Source of the DNA: Nostoc sp. DedSLP01
GTDB lineage: Bacteria; Cyanobacteriota; Cyanobacteriia; Cyanobacteriales; Nostocaceae
NCBI GenBank assembly: GCA_034530875.2
Contig: JAVRCJ020000021.1
Location: 32,001-96,000, forward strand
Direction of reading: 5' to 3'
Length of the DNA: 64,000 bases
Of the stretch, positions 43,233-54,295 are shown in pieces (position 1 is the first letter of the stretch; every line of letters begins with the position of its first letter). The notes under the pieces were generated by a model, which was not told the origin of the DNA, made no database searches, and saw nothing but the letters and a program-made list of their open reading frames with translations. A program made the translations under genes and the position numbers.

Positions 43233-43788
43233 ATTCTCTTACAAATTTTGCCATGCGGCATTTTCCTCTAGACTTAACCAATCTTTTTGCAGTGATGATT
43301 CACTCATAATAGTGATTTATAAGGTTTTATCTTTCTGGTACTTAGTTTGTAAGAACTGAACAAAATATAAAATTTCTTGTAACAAAGGGTCAGGTAATTT
43401 TTCTAGTTTTTGTGTAATCTGTTCTTTAAGCATAATTATCTACTTTGTGTTTCGGCAATATCTAAAATAATAATATTTATCGTATCGGTTTTGGAAGCAA
43501 AATAAAAGATAAGGTTAATTCTACTTCTTCTAATTAGTACATTTAGCCTAAATTCAACTCAAGGGGCAAAGCTTCAATATTCAAAGCTGACAAGACATTG
43601 CAGGAGCGATCGCCAATAATAACCATACTTGTCATACCCCAGTTCCATCACATATTTTTAGCCAAATAATGTTAAATTTATACCCTTTGAATGAGCCTCT
43701 TCAACCTATAGCAAGAGTGTCATCTTCCATTAACCGCCTACGATGAAAAACTAGGAAATTAAATTGCAGTATATCTGCCTATCAAATT

Positions 43789-44010
43789 ATGGACTGGAAG
43801 TACAGGTGGAAAAACGGCTATCGCCCAAGCCGAGATGAAGCAGCAAAAAATCCTCATTTGTTAGATGAAAGTCAGTTCGAGAACGAACAAGACCGACAGC
43901 TAGCCGAAGAAGCTGCAAGAAAACACTTAGGCATACCTGCACCAACCTTAGACGAAGAAAAGTCAGTACTACCTCATGCACCAATGCCTAATGAAAAAGG
44001 GCAAAAATAA
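43789..44010 (+). CDS. Small hypothetical protein
   Basis: ATG-initiated 73-aa ORF with protein-like composition in an intergenic gap. Confidence 0.6.
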   Translation: MDWKYRWKNGYRPSRDEAAKNPHLLDESQFENEQDRQLAEEAARKHLGIPAPTLDEEKSVLPHAPMPNEKGQK

Positions 44011-44209
44011 CACCATTTATCAAAGAAAGGCAGAGGGCAGGAGGCAGAAGGCAGAAGGAAGAAAATACAATTTTTGCTTTCTGCCAAAAGGGTTTAAATC
44101 TCCTAAATTTATTTACGGGGATTACCTCCAGCAAGAACTGCCTTCTACTTAATACATTGTGCAATTTTGCTTATCTACGCTCTACACAATTAAAAACTTC
44201 GACAATATA

Positions 44210-44761
44210 ATGCAGATTACTCAACTTTTGAATCAATTGAAAGCTAGAAAATTCACTAAATTTCTTAGTCAAACAATGGCTTTAGGAATAGGTGCTATTG
44301 TTCTATTTTCAGCTAGTAATGCTGATGCTGCCGAACAAGTTATTTTAAAGTATGGTGATTTTCAAGGGCCGATATCTGTTGGAGAATTAAATCAGTTTGT
44401 AGAAACTGGCAAGACTACGCCGACATTAACGGCTTATTTGCAGGCGGCTCAACAAGAACCTGCATTAGCTCGTAAAGCACTTCAAGCTGGTATCAAAGCC
44501 GATCGCACCTTTTTAAATAACTTACTCTCTAGCTGGGCAGGGCCAGTTTTGGTTAACCAAATTGGTGAGGTAGTTCATCCCCCCGGAGGAGAATTAAATC
44601 AACAAGCACTAAGAACTGCTTTAAGTGAATCTATCAAGCAAAAGGGCGAAGTTACACTACTGGCAGCTATTCAGAATTATCCCAATCCTGCTGTTGAATT
44701 AGAAGGCGATCGCCTCATCACTGTCTACGAACGACTCAGCACTTTGGCAGAAAACTTTTGA
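44210..44761 (+). CDS. DUF1400-like secreted protein
   Basis: Signal peptide ending ADA-AEQVILKYG; ISVGELNQFVETGK; LLAAIQNYP. Confidence 0.75.
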   Translation: MQITQLLNQLKARKFTKFLSQTMALGIGAIVLFSASNADAAEQVILKYGDFQGPISVGELNQFVETGKTTPTLTAYLQAAQQEPALARKALQAGIKADRTFLNNLLSSWAGPVLVNQIGEVVHPPGGELNQQALRTALSESIKQKGEVTLLAAIQNYPNPAVELEGDRLITVYERLSTLAENF

Positions 44762-44878
44762 TAGGTAGTTACTTTTGAAATCTAATACCTACGAGTCTAC
44801 CTGAAGATTGTACCCCACGACTCAGAAATTACCTAACGTAATTGTAGAGTTGAATTTAAGCATAAGGAAAAGATTTGT

Positions 44879-45451
44879 ATGACAGCCGATGTTTCTAAAG
44901 ATATTAAAAAGGAAGTTAATGGATCGCTAATAACCGGTATTCTGTTGATTGTTGCCGGAATTATTGGCATCGCACTCCCTACATTCACTACCCTATTCGC
45001 CGAAACTTGGTTTGCAGCGATTTTAACTTTTGCTGGTTTTACAAAACTAGTTTACGCCACCCAAACCCGCGATCGCGGAGGTTTTATTTGGAAGCTTTTA
45101 TTAAGCGGACTGTATATTGCAACCGGCATCATGCTGTTGGTTTATCCTTATACAGGCATTCTCAGCCTAACTCTATTGCTTGGTACTTTCTTGTTGACTG
45201 AAGGTACATTTGAGTTAATTCTAGCCTTCCAATTACGTCCCCAACAAAACTGGACATGGGTATTAGTTAATGGCATTATTACACTCGTCTTAGGTGCAAT
45301 GATTTGGTTTCAGTGGCCCTTCAACGCCCCTTGGCTGCTAGGAACGCTAGTTGGTGTCAGCGTTCTGTTCAGTGGCGTTTCCCGCGTGATGCTGTCATGG
45401 AATGTGCGTTCTGCCTTGAATTCTAATGACTCGGCAGTAAATCCTACTTAG
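44879..45451 (+). CDS. HdeD (DUF308) family membrane protein
   Basis: Six TM helices; WPFNAPWLLGTLVG. Confidence 0.85.
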   Translation: MTADVSKDIKKEVNGSLITGILLIVAGIIGIALPTFTTLFAETWFAAILTFAGFTKLVYATQTRDRGGFIWKLLLSGLYIATGIMLLVYPYTGILSLTLLLGTFLLTEGTFELILAFQLRPQQNWTWVLVNGIITLVLGAMIWFQWPFNAPWLLGTLVGVSVLFSGVSRVMLSWNVRSALNSNDSAVNPT

Positions 45452-45613
45452 TGAATGGGGACTGGGGACTGGGGGCAGAAAAAAGTTTGTTTTCTTAATC
45501 CCCAATCACCAATCACCAAGAAAATTTACAACACGTTGCAGCAGCGATCGCCCTGGTATTGCTAAATTAACTAAGGTAATCAAAATCCAGGCTAGCTAGC
45601 TGCAATCTCAACA

Positions 45614-47653
45614 ATGGTATCTAGTTCTACTCCCTTCTCGGATATTCAAAACCATTGGGCACGCTCATTTATTACAGGCTTAGCCCAACTTGAAATTGTC
45701 AGTGGGTTGCCGAATGGCACTTATCGCCCCGATAACTCACTCACCCGCGCTGAGTTTGCCGCTATCCTTGCAAAGGCATTTCCAACAGATCCCAAGAAGC
45801 GGCAGTATGTCCCTTTTGTTGATGTGCCTAGCAGTCATTGGGCAGCAGCAGCTATTCAAGCAGCTTACGAAAAAGGATTTATTAGCGGATTTCCTGATAA
45901 AACCTTCCGTCTTGGTAACCGAATTACCAGGACGGAAGTTTTAGTTTCTTTAGTAGCAGGCTTAGAAATTGCTACGAAGGTAAAACCCGACCTAGTGTCA
46001 AAATTGGGACAAATCTATCAAGATGCCGTTCAAATTCCTAACTATGCCAAAAATCAGATAGCTATTGCCACTAGTGCGGGATTGGTGGTTAATTATCCAA
46101 ATTTGAAATTACTTAATCCTAATTTGGCAGCCACCCGTGCAGATGTGGCAGTAATTATTTATCAAGCTTTAGTGTATCTGGATTTAGCAGATAAGATTGC
46201 TTCTAGTTACCTCGTCATACCGCCAACACCGACAACAACGCCAACACCAACACCTATACCTACGACTAGCGTCAAGCTAAATCATACCAGAGAATTTCGT
46301 GGGGTATGGGTATCATGTGTGTGGAATGGTGATTGGCCTTCCAAAGCAGGACTTTCTGTCGAGCAGCAGAAAGCTGAACTCGTCGAAATTACTAATAAAT
46401 TACAAGCCCTGAACTTCAACGCGCTGATTTTCCAAGTTAGGCCAGAGGGCGATGCTTTGTATGAATCCCAAATAGAACCTTGGAGTGCTTGGCTAACGGG
46501 GACTCAGGGGAAAGCGCCGGAACCATTTTACGATCCTTTAGCGTTTGCGATCGCCGAATGTCACAAGCGTAATATCGAACTTCATGCTTGGTTCAATCCT
46601 TACCGCGCCAGCACTTCTACAAATCCGGCTAAAACCGTCCGTCCGCACATAGCAGTTACTAACCCAGAAAGCGTTTATTTGTGGGGAAGCCAACGCTGGA
46701 TGGATCCAGGACTCAAAGTAGTTCAAGATAGGGCTTACAACGTAATTATCGATGTACTCAAGCGCTACGATATCGATGGGGTTCACTTAGATGATTATTT
46801 CTATCCCTATCCCATTGAAAACGAATCTTTCCCCGATAGCAAAACATACGCTGCATACAAAGCAGCTGGTGGTACCCTTAGCCTTAGCGACTGGCGACGG
46901 GACAATGTTAACAAAATGGTACTGCGTCTGTCGGAAGGAATCAAAGCCACTAAGCCGCAAGTTAAATTTGGTATTAGTCCCTTTGGAATTTATCGCCCCG
47001 GACAACCGCCTGGTATTACTGGCTTGGATGCTTACAATCAGCTGTATGCTGACTCCAAGAAATGGCTAGAACAAGGTTGGATTGATTATATTGCACCTCA
47101 ACTTTACTGGCGCACAGACCAAGCACCACAAAGTTATTCTGCATTGTTAAAGTGGTGGACAGACATAAACATCAAACAAAGACATGTTTATGCTGGTAAC
47201 AATCTCACAGAACCAAGTAACAAGAGTCGGGAAAGTGAGGAAATAGAAAAACAGGTGAAAATTAGTCGCAGCCAAGCTTCACGGCTGTCACTGGGGAATA
47301 TTTTCTTTAACCTCGATATTTTAAGGCAAAATAGTCAAGGCATAGCCGATGGATTAGAAACTTTATATAACAGACCTGCCCTACCTCCACCTATGTCTTG
47401 GCGGGATACAACACCACCCCCTCCACCCACTGGACTACAAGTCAACAACCGCAAACTCACTTGGCAGCCTGGAGACGACCAACCAATTCGTTCTTGGACG
47501 CTTTATCGACAAACTGGCGATACTTGGACAATTCAGCGAATTTTGCCTGCTGGTGTAACTTTCTTTACCGTCTCACAAGCGGGAACTTATGCTGTATGTG
47601 CAGTGGATAGGTTAGCGAATGAAAGTTTAGGAGCTGCGATCGCAGTTAGTTAA
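45614..47653 (+). CDS. S-layer homology domains plus GHL10-like glycoside hydrolase
   Basis: Three SLH repeats, PT linker, EFRGVW, HAWFNPYRA, DGVHLDDYFYPY. Confidence 0.9.
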   Translation: MVSSSTPFSDIQNHWARSFITGLAQLEIVSGLPNGTYRPDNSLTRAEFAAILAKAFPTDPKKRQYVPFVDVPSSHWAAAAIQAAYEKGFISGFPDKTFRLGNRITRTEVLVSLVAGLEIATKVKPDLVSKLGQIYQDAVQIPNYAKNQIAIATSAGLVVNYPNLKLLNPNLAATRADVAVIIYQALVYLDLADKIASSYLVIPPTPTTTPTPTPIPTTSVKLNHTREFRGVWVSCVWNGDWPSKAGLSVEQQKAELVEITNKLQALNFNALIFQVRPEGDALYESQIEPWSAWLTGTQGKAPEPFYDPLAFAIAECHKRNIELHAWFNPYRASTSTNPAKTVRPHIAVTNPESVYLWGSQRWMDPGLKVVQDRAYNVIIDVLKRYDIDGVHLDDYFYPYPIENESFPDSKTYAAYKAAGGTLSLSDWRRDNVNKMVLRLSEGIKATKPQVKFGISPFGIYRPGQPPGITGLDAYNQLYADSKKWLEQGWIDYIAPQLYWRTDQAPQSYSALLKWWTDINIKQRHVYAGNNLTEPSNKSRESEEIEKQVKISRSQASRLSLGNIFFNLDILRQNSQGIADGLETLYNRPALPPPMSWRDTTPPPPPTGLQVNNRKLTWQPGDDQPIRSWTLYRQTGDTWTIQRILPAGVTFFTVSQAGTYAVCAVDRLANESLGAAIAVS

Positions 47654-47726
47654 GCGCATGATATCAAAATCCGGGGTTGCATAATTGCGGGATGATTTTA
47701 CTAATTTTGTGGGATGGGCCGGAAAG

Positions 47727-47920
47727 CCATTGGTGTCAACTTCAGCTCAAACTCTTGCTCCACAATCTTTTTACCCCACCCCCAACCCCTCCCCTTGCCA
47801 AGGGGAGGGGAGGTTTTGCGTCAGCAAAGCCGGGGTGGGGTAAGCGGATCTTGATGGTAAGTGAGTAGAACTCGCTCATCACGTTTTCATCAGGGTTTCA
47901 CGTTCAATTGACACCTATGG
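47727..47920. mobile_element. MITE-like element with CCAT(T/A)GGTGTCAA TIRs
   Basis: CCATTGGTGTCAA ... TTGACACCTATGG; internal CCCCTCCCCTTG-CAAGGGGAGGGG hairpin; truncated relative at 55163-55338. Confidence 0.75.
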
Positions 47921-48033
47921 CAGGATGCCCACCCCACAAGAATTAACCCTTGATTCAGCAATGCCCAAAATCCTTGTAGAGACGTTGCATTGCAACGTCT
48001 CTACATCTGAATTGATAGTAGGCAATTAATCAA

Positions 48034-48157
48034 TAGACCTCTTGCAAAAGTCCCTAACACCCCACCCCCAACCCCTCCCCTTGCTAAGGGGAGGGGAGCG
48101 TTTGCGTCAGCAAATGCGGGGTGGGGTGCTTTATTTTTGATTTATGCAAGAGGTCTA
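48034..48157. mobile_element. MITE-like element with TAGACCTCTTGCA TIRs
   Basis: Perfect 13-bp TIRs; same internal hairpin family; orphan right end near 54225-54237. Confidence 0.75.
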
Positions 48158-48317
48158 ATGACAAAAACTACATTTTGGCAGAAACTCATACCAAAATGCA
48201 GTTAATAGGGTACTTAATCTTTCCATTAAATCTACATTCTTAAGATACACACTGGGTAGTAATACGTCCATATTTACCGAAGGCACTTTATACTAAAATC
48301 TATAATTATTAGTATTT

Positions 48318-51300
48318 TTGACGAAAAAATTGTTTAAATTTTTAAACGAATTGTTACTTTTGGGATTAGCACTTGCGGCACTAACTCCTTTAATTTTTCA
48401 AGAAAGCCGCGTCATCGCCGAAATTACACCTGACAGCACCTTAGGAAATGAATCATCAATCGTAACCGAAGGGGTTGAAATTAAAGGGGGAATAGGTAAT
48501 CGCATTGATGGTGGTGCAGTCCGAGGAGCAAATCTATTTCACAGTTTTAGGGAATTTAGCATTGATGATGGGCAACGGGTTTACTTTTCTAACCCCACAG
48601 GAATAGAGAATATCCTCACGCGAGTTACAGGTAATAACCCCTCGAATATTTTGGGAACGCTGGGGGTTTTGGGTAATGCCAATCTGTTTTTTATTAACCC
48701 CAACGGCATCTTATTTGGTAAAAATGCAAGGTTAGATATTGCAGGTTCCTTTGTAGGAACAACAGCAAATGCTATTCAATTTGGGAATCAGGGTTTTTGG
48801 AACGCTTCAACCCCGGAAATTACCCCTTTGCTAACTGTAAATCCTTCAGCATTATTCTTCAATCAAATTCCCAGGGGAACTATCGAAACCAGAGCGATCG
48901 CACCTACCGGTTTAGATGCCTCAGGAGAGGAGACATTTGGTTTGCGGGTTGGCGATAATCGCAGTTTACTACTTTTGGGCAGTGACATCAACCTGAATGG
49001 AGGCAGCTTGAACGCCTTGGGGGGTAGGATTGATTTGGGTGGATTGGCAGCACCGGGAAGTGTGGAGTTGAAGTTTGCAGGTAACAATTTGAGTATGAGC
49101 TTCCCTGATGGCGTACCAAGAGCAGATGTTTCACTTAGCAATAATGCCAAGCTCAATGTTACAGCCGAAAATGGTGGTAGTATCGCGATCGCGGCTCGAA
49201 ATATCGACGTTGCAGGAGAAAGCATCATACAAGCCGGAATCGGCTTTGGCTTAGGAAATTTTAGCAATCAAGCTGGAGAAATTACCCTCAATGCCACTGA
49301 TTTAATTACATTAAGCCAGTTGAGTACAATTCAAAACACAGTTGAGCAAAATGCTACAGGTAATAGTGGTGATATTAAGGTCACCACAGGTTCATTTTCT
49401 ATTAGTGATGGCTCTCAAGTAATTGTTAGTACTCTGGGACAGGGAAATGCAGGTAATGTCACAATTCAAGCTCGTGACACGGTTACACTTGATGGACTAA
49501 ATAGTGAATATTACTCTACCAAAATAGTTAGCAATATTGCTCGAAAAGGTGTAGGTCAGGCAGGAAATATTAACATTCAAACCGGATCGCTTTCAATGAG
49601 GAATACTGCTTTATTAGATTCCGGTACTGCTGGCCAAGGAAGTGCAGGTAATATTACTATTCAAGCTCGTAAAGCAGTTTTATTAGATGGAAGTGACATA
49701 GCAAGCGAGGTATCAAGCCGTGCAATATTCGGTAAAGGAGGAAATATTGAAATTGAGGCAGATTCGCTTTCAGTTATCAATGGCTCTCAACTAAGTACTA
49801 GCAGCTATGGAAACGGCGATGCAGGCAATGTCACGATTCAAATTTATGGGGTAAATGGCGTTGCTTTTGATGGCGTTAGTAGTGAAGATGGATTTCCGAG
49901 TGGAGCATTCAGCACTATGTCTAACAATGGAGTAGGCAAAGGAGGAAATATCCAAATCGCGGCAGAGTCGCTGTTTGTGAGTAATGGCGCTCAACTACAG
50001 GTGGCGACAATTGGAAAAGGAGATGCAGGTACTATCACCATTAAAGCTCGCGATCGCATTTCTTTCAACGGTACTGCTAGTTATGGATTACCCAGTGGAG
50101 CTTTCAGTTCTGTGGAACCGGAAGCAGTAGGTAAGGGAGGAAACATTTATATTACTACAGGATCGCTGTCGGTTAGCAATGGTGCTGGGTTAAACTCCCA
50201 AACTCGTGGCATCGGAGATGCGGGGAATATTTCGATTCAAGCTCAAGATTGGGTTTTATTTGATGGAGTCAGTTTATTAGACTTCAGCAGTGGGGCATTT
50301 AGTACGGTAGCTTTGGGTGCCCAAGGTAAGGGGGGAGATATTGAGATTATTGCCAATTCGCTCTCAATTAGTAACCGCGCGCGTTTAAATGCTCAAACCG
50401 ACAGTATGGGTAAAGCAGGCAATATTCTAGTGACAGCAAATACTTTTGATGCTGCTAGTGGTGGAGAACTTCTCACATCAACAAGCAGTAGTAGTAATGC
50501 CGGAGATATTACTTTGAGAATACGCGATCGCCTCACTTTAACAGGCGATAGTACCGGAATTTTTGCCAATACAACTGCCAATGCTACTGGCAACAGTGGT
50601 AACATTTTCATCGACCCCAAAGTGATGATGATTCGCGATGCAGCTAAAATTGCTGTTGATAATCAAGGTACTGGTATCGGCGGTACTATTGATATTCAAG
50701 CCGGAAAATTAACTCTCGATAACCAAGCTGTAATTTCTGCGGAAACAGCGAGTAATACTGGTGGCGATATTCAACTCCAACTCACAGACTTGTTGCTATT
50801 AAGGCATAACAGTACCATCTCTACAACTGCGGGAACTACTCAAGCGGGTGGTAATGGAGGTAACATTACCATCAACTCTCCATTTATTGTTGCTGCGGCT
50901 TTGGAAAATAACGATATTACCGCCAATGCTTTTAGTGGTAATGGTGGCAGAGTTGATATTACTGCTCAAGGAATCTTTGGACTAATACCCCGTAGTCGTT
51001 CGGATCTAGAGAGACTATTGGTAACTAATGACCCCGAGCAATTAAATCCGCGATCGCTTCCTACAAGTGACCTCACTGCCATTTCCCAAGCCAATCCCTC
51101 ATTCAGCGAACAGGTAGTTATTAATACAGCAGATGTAGACCCCAGTAACGGACTCGTGAATTTGCCGACAAATATAGTAGATGCCTCCCAACTCATTGCC
51201 CAAACCTGTAGAACTGGTGGAGAAGCAACAGCCAATCAAAAAAGTGAATTTATAGTCACTGGACGCGGAGGTTTGCCGCCTAACCCCATTGAGCCACTTA

Positions 51301-51530
51301 GCAGCGATGCCATTTGGCAAGATTTACAAGCTCATGCTTTGCTCAATGAAAAGGTAAGCGGCTCCCAAGAAGAGGTAAATTTAATTTCAGAAACAGCGAA
51401 TGCGATCGCTGAAGCTCAAGGCTGGGTAACTAACCCTGATGGTACTATTACCCTGGTAGCTCAAGCTCCCACTGCTACCCCTCACAACTCTTCACTCACA
51501 CCTGTTAGTTGTCCGGTTGCCCAAAACTAA
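48318..51530 (+). CDS. Filamentous haemagglutinin-like (TpsA-type) exoprotein
   Basis: NLFHSF, ILTRVTG, NPNGILFG secretion domain; GNAGNI beta-helix repeats; C-terminal FIVTGRGGLPPNP...EAQGW. Confidence 0.9.
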   Translation: MTKKLFKFLNELLLLGLALAALTPLIFQESRVIAEITPDSTLGNESSIVTEGVEIKGGIGNRIDGGAVRGANLFHSFREFSIDDGQRVYFSNPTGIENILTRVTGNNPSNILGTLGVLGNANLFFINPNGILFGKNARLDIAGSFVGTTANAIQFGNQGFWNASTPEITPLLTVNPSALFFNQIPRGTIETRAIAPTGLDASGEETFGLRVGDNRSLLLLGSDINLNGGSLNALGGRIDLGGLAAPGSVELKFAGNNLSMSFPDGVPRADVSLSNNAKLNVTAENGGSIAIAARNIDVAGESIIQAGIGFGLGNFSNQAGEITLNATDLITLSQLSTIQNTVEQNATGNSGDIKVTTGSFSISDGSQVIVSTLGQGNAGNVTIQARDTVTLDGLNSEYYSTKIVSNIARKGVGQAGNINIQTGSLSMRNTALLDSGTAGQGSAGNITIQARKAVLLDGSDIASEVSSRAIFGKGGNIEIEADSLSVINGSQLSTSSYGNGDAGNVTIQIYGVNGVAFDGVSSEDGFPSGAFSTMSNNGVGKGGNIQIAAESLFVSNGAQLQVATIGKGDAGTITIKARDRISFNGTASYGLPSGAFSSVEPEAVGKGGNIYITTGSLSVSNGAGLNSQTRGIGDAGNISIQAQDWVLFDGVSLLDFSSGAFSTVALGAQGKGGDIEIIANSLSISNRARLNAQTDSMGKAGNILVTANTFDAASGGELLTSTSSSSNAGDITLRIRDRLTLTGDSTGIFANTTANATGNSGNIFIDPKVMMIRDAAKIAVDNQGTGIGGTIDIQAGKLTLDNQAVISAETASNTGGDIQLQLTDLLLLRHNSTISTTAGTTQAGGNGGNITINSPFIVAAALENNDITANAFSGNGGRVDITAQGIFGLIPRSRSDLERLLVTNDPEQLNPRSLPTSDLTAISQANPSFSEQVVINTADVDPSNGLVNLPTNIVDASQLIAQTCRTGGEATANQKSEFIVTGRGGLPPNPIEPLSSDAIWQDLQAHALLNEKVSGSQEEVNLISETANAIAEAQGWVTNPDGTITLVAQAPTATPHNSSLTPVSCPVAQN

Positions 51531-54109
51531 TGTTGCACTCTCAGATGGCAAAAAAACAGCCGAAATTTTGGCGTCAAGTTCTAGCTTTTGTGCTTTGTGT
51601 GCTGTTGGGGATGAGTCTAACTCTGGTGCTGGAATTGAGACAAGTCATAGCTGCTGCCGTTCAACCTCTGGCTGTCAAAACACAATATTTATCGAACTCA
51701 AATTTAATTCAACAAGGTAGAGAACTCTACCAAGCGCAACGCTATGCTGAAGCGATAAATATTTGGCAGTTGGCACTCAAAGCAGAAAAAAATCCATCTT
51801 CTCAAGCTATGGTGCTAAATTATCTCTCTTTGGCTTATCAGCAATTGGGACAGTGGCAGCAAGCAACCCAGACAATTAGCTCTAGCTTGAATTTAATTCA
51901 AAACTCCCAGACAACACCGCAAACAAAACTCATCCTTGCCCAAGCACTCAACACTCAAGGAAGTTTGCAATTAGCCGAAGGTAAAACTGAACAAGCTCTT
52001 AATTCTTGGCAACAAGCAACTAACATTTATACCGTAGCAGGTTATACACAAGGCAGAATTGGCAGTTTAATTAATCAAGCTCAAGCCCAACAAGCTCTAG
52101 GGCTTTACCTGCAAGCTCGTAAAACCCTAGCAGAAGTAGAACGAACGCTAGAGAATCAACCAGACGAACAGTTAAAAACTACAGAATTACGTAGCCTGGG
52201 CAACGTTCTCAAATCTGTGGGTGCTTTTGCTGATTCTCGCAGAGTTTTGCAGCAAAGTTTGCAGTTGCTACAAAATAGCGCGAGTAAATCACCACAAGAA
52301 TTGAGTGCTACTTTACTCAGCTTGGGTAATACAGCTTATGCCCAAGGCGATAAAGAGGCAGCATTAGCATACTACGAACAAGCTGCAAATATTGCGCCAG
52401 CAAGCACTATAACTCAGATTCAAGCTCAAATTAATCAACTTCAATTATTAATAGCAACTGGACAAACAAAAAAAGCCGAGAATCTTTCCCTAGAACTCCA
52501 GTCAAAGTTTAATAATGTTTCTCCCAGTCGCTCAACAATTTACTCTCGCATCAACCTTGCGAAAAGTTTAGTGAAACTGGGAACTCAAGAAAACACTGCA
52601 TCTGCTAAACTACTGGCAACAGCAATTCAAGAAGCTGAAAATTTAAGCGATCGCCAAGCACAGTCTTATGCTTTGGGTTATCTAGGCGGACTCTACGAAC
52701 AAACCGAGCAGTGGTCAAATGCTCAAGATTTAACCCAGCAGGCTTTGCAAATAGCTCAAGCCATTAATGCGCCACATATTGCTTATCAATGGCAATGGCA
52801 ATTAGGACGGATTTTAAAAGCCCAAGGTGCAATCAAGCAAGCAACATCAGCTTATGAAGTCGCCTTTACAACATTAAAATCTCTGCGCAGCGATTTAGTG
52901 GCGATTAACAGTGACATTCAATTTTCCTTCCGGGAAGCTGTAGAGCCTGTATATCGCGAATACGTACAATTACTTTTAAATCAAGATCCTAGCCAGGAGC
53001 AACTAAAACAAGCGCGTCAAGTAATTGAATCGCTACAATTAGCAGAACTTGACAACTTTTTTCGTTCAGCTTGTCTCCAAGGACAGATAGTACCGATTGA
53101 CCAAATTCAACAGTCGGCAGCAGCAGTCATTTATCCCATCATTTTGCCAGACCGACTAGAGGTAATTCTCAGTTTACCTCAGCAAGGACTACGCCACTAT
53201 GCCACGAAAATAAGCCAAGCTGAAGTAGAAGAAGTCATACAGCAACTCAGAGAAAATTTAGAAAAACCCTTCACAACTCCTGAGGGAAAATTATTATCTA
53301 CAAAAGTTTATGACTGGTTAATTCGCCCTGTGGAAGCAGAACTAGCTGAAAATGAGGTGAAAACATTGGTTTTTGTCTTAGATGGTGCATTGCGGAACGT
53401 GGCGATCGCAGCTTTGTATGATGGTAATAATTATTTGGTAGAAAAATACAGCATAGCCCTAACACCCGGCTTAGAGCTATTAGGGCCGCGTCCTTTGCGT
53501 CAAAGCAAGCTAAAAACTTTGGCTGCTGGACTCACAGAAGCACGACATGGATTTACTTCCTTACCAAATGTCAGCGACGAATTAAAAACAATTGAGTCGG
53601 AAGTCCCTAGCGAAGTTCTCCTGAATCAGACATTTACTAGTTCAGCGCTACGAAAACTCATTGACTCAGTACCGTTTTCTGTGGTGCACCTAGCAACTCA
53701 CGGTCAATTTAGTTCCAATGCCGATGAAACCTTTGTGTTGGCTTGGGATAAACCAATTAAACTCAACGAATTAAAAGACTTGCTTCGCAGCAGAGAGCAA
53801 ACTACACCTGAGCCAATTGAATTACTCGTTCTTAGTGCTTGCGAAACTGCCGATGGAGACAAACGCGCCGCTTTAGGGCTGGCTGGTATGGCAATTCAAG
53901 CAGGCGCACGCAGTACCTTAGCCTCTCTTTGGAGTTTAGATGATGAATCTGGCGCGCGTCTAATTAGCCAATTTTATAAAGAGCTAGCGACTAAGCAAGT
54001 GACAAAGGCAGAAGCTTTGCGACAAGCGCAACTCTCACTGTTAAAAGACCCAGATTATCGCCATCCGGTGCATTGGGCGGCTTACGTTTTGCTGGGAAAT
54101 TGGCTGTAG
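51530..54109 (+). CDS. Exported TPR-CHAT (caspase-like) protease
   Basis: Signal/TM segment, TPRs, HLATHG and LSACET dyad, WAAYVLLGNWL end. ATG overlaps the upstream stop (TAATG). Confidence 0.9.
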   Translation: MLHSQMAKKQPKFWRQVLAFVLCVLLGMSLTLVLELRQVIAAAVQPLAVKTQYLSNSNLIQQGRELYQAQRYAEAINIWQLALKAEKNPSSQAMVLNYLSLAYQQLGQWQQATQTISSSLNLIQNSQTTPQTKLILAQALNTQGSLQLAEGKTEQALNSWQQATNIYTVAGYTQGRIGSLINQAQAQQALGLYLQARKTLAEVERTLENQPDEQLKTTELRSLGNVLKSVGAFADSRRVLQQSLQLLQNSASKSPQELSATLLSLGNTAYAQGDKEAALAYYEQAANIAPASTITQIQAQINQLQLLIATGQTKKAENLSLELQSKFNNVSPSRSTIYSRINLAKSLVKLGTQENTASAKLLATAIQEAENLSDRQAQSYALGYLGGLYEQTEQWSNAQDLTQQALQIAQAINAPHIAYQWQWQLGRILKAQGAIKQATSAYEVAFTTLKSLRSDLVAINSDIQFSFREAVEPVYREYVQLLLNQDPSQEQLKQARQVIESLQLAELDNFFRSACLQGQIVPIDQIQQSAAAVIYPIILPDRLEVILSLPQQGLRHYATKISQAEVEEVIQQLRENLEKPFTTPEGKLLSTKVYDWLIRPVEAELAENEVKTLVFVLDGALRNVAIAALYDGNNYLVEKYSIALTPGLELLGPRPLRQSKLKTLAAGLTEARHGFTSLPNVSDELKTIESEVPSEVLLNQTFTSSALRKLIDSVPFSVVHLATHGQFSSNADETFVLAWDKPIKLNELKDLLRSREQTTPEPIELLVLSACETADGDKRAALGLAGMAIQAGARSTLASLWSLDDESGARLISQFYKELATKQVTKAEALRQAQLSLLKDPDYRHPVHWAAYVLLGNWL

Positions 54110-54295
54110 TAAAAATAATTTTTTATATCACGCAGAGTCGCACAGGCAAGGCAGCGACGGGTACGCAGGGGGTTTCCCCCATGAGCGACTGCCGCGCAAA
54201 GAAGAGAACGCAAAGAAGGACTTTTGCAAGAGGTCTAATGAGCGTGGCGCGTCTGAATCCTCCACGCTCAAGATTGCTGAATTCTGTATTCTTCT

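Noticed and set aside
47677..47868. Short ORFs containing PPLAKGRG (also 55113-55301)
   Set aside because: They are translations of MITE/hairpin repeats.
51530..54109. Craspase (type III-E CRISPR) TPR-CHAT
   Set aside because: The protein has a signal segment and there is no Cas7-11 or array; only the mechanistic analogy is kept.
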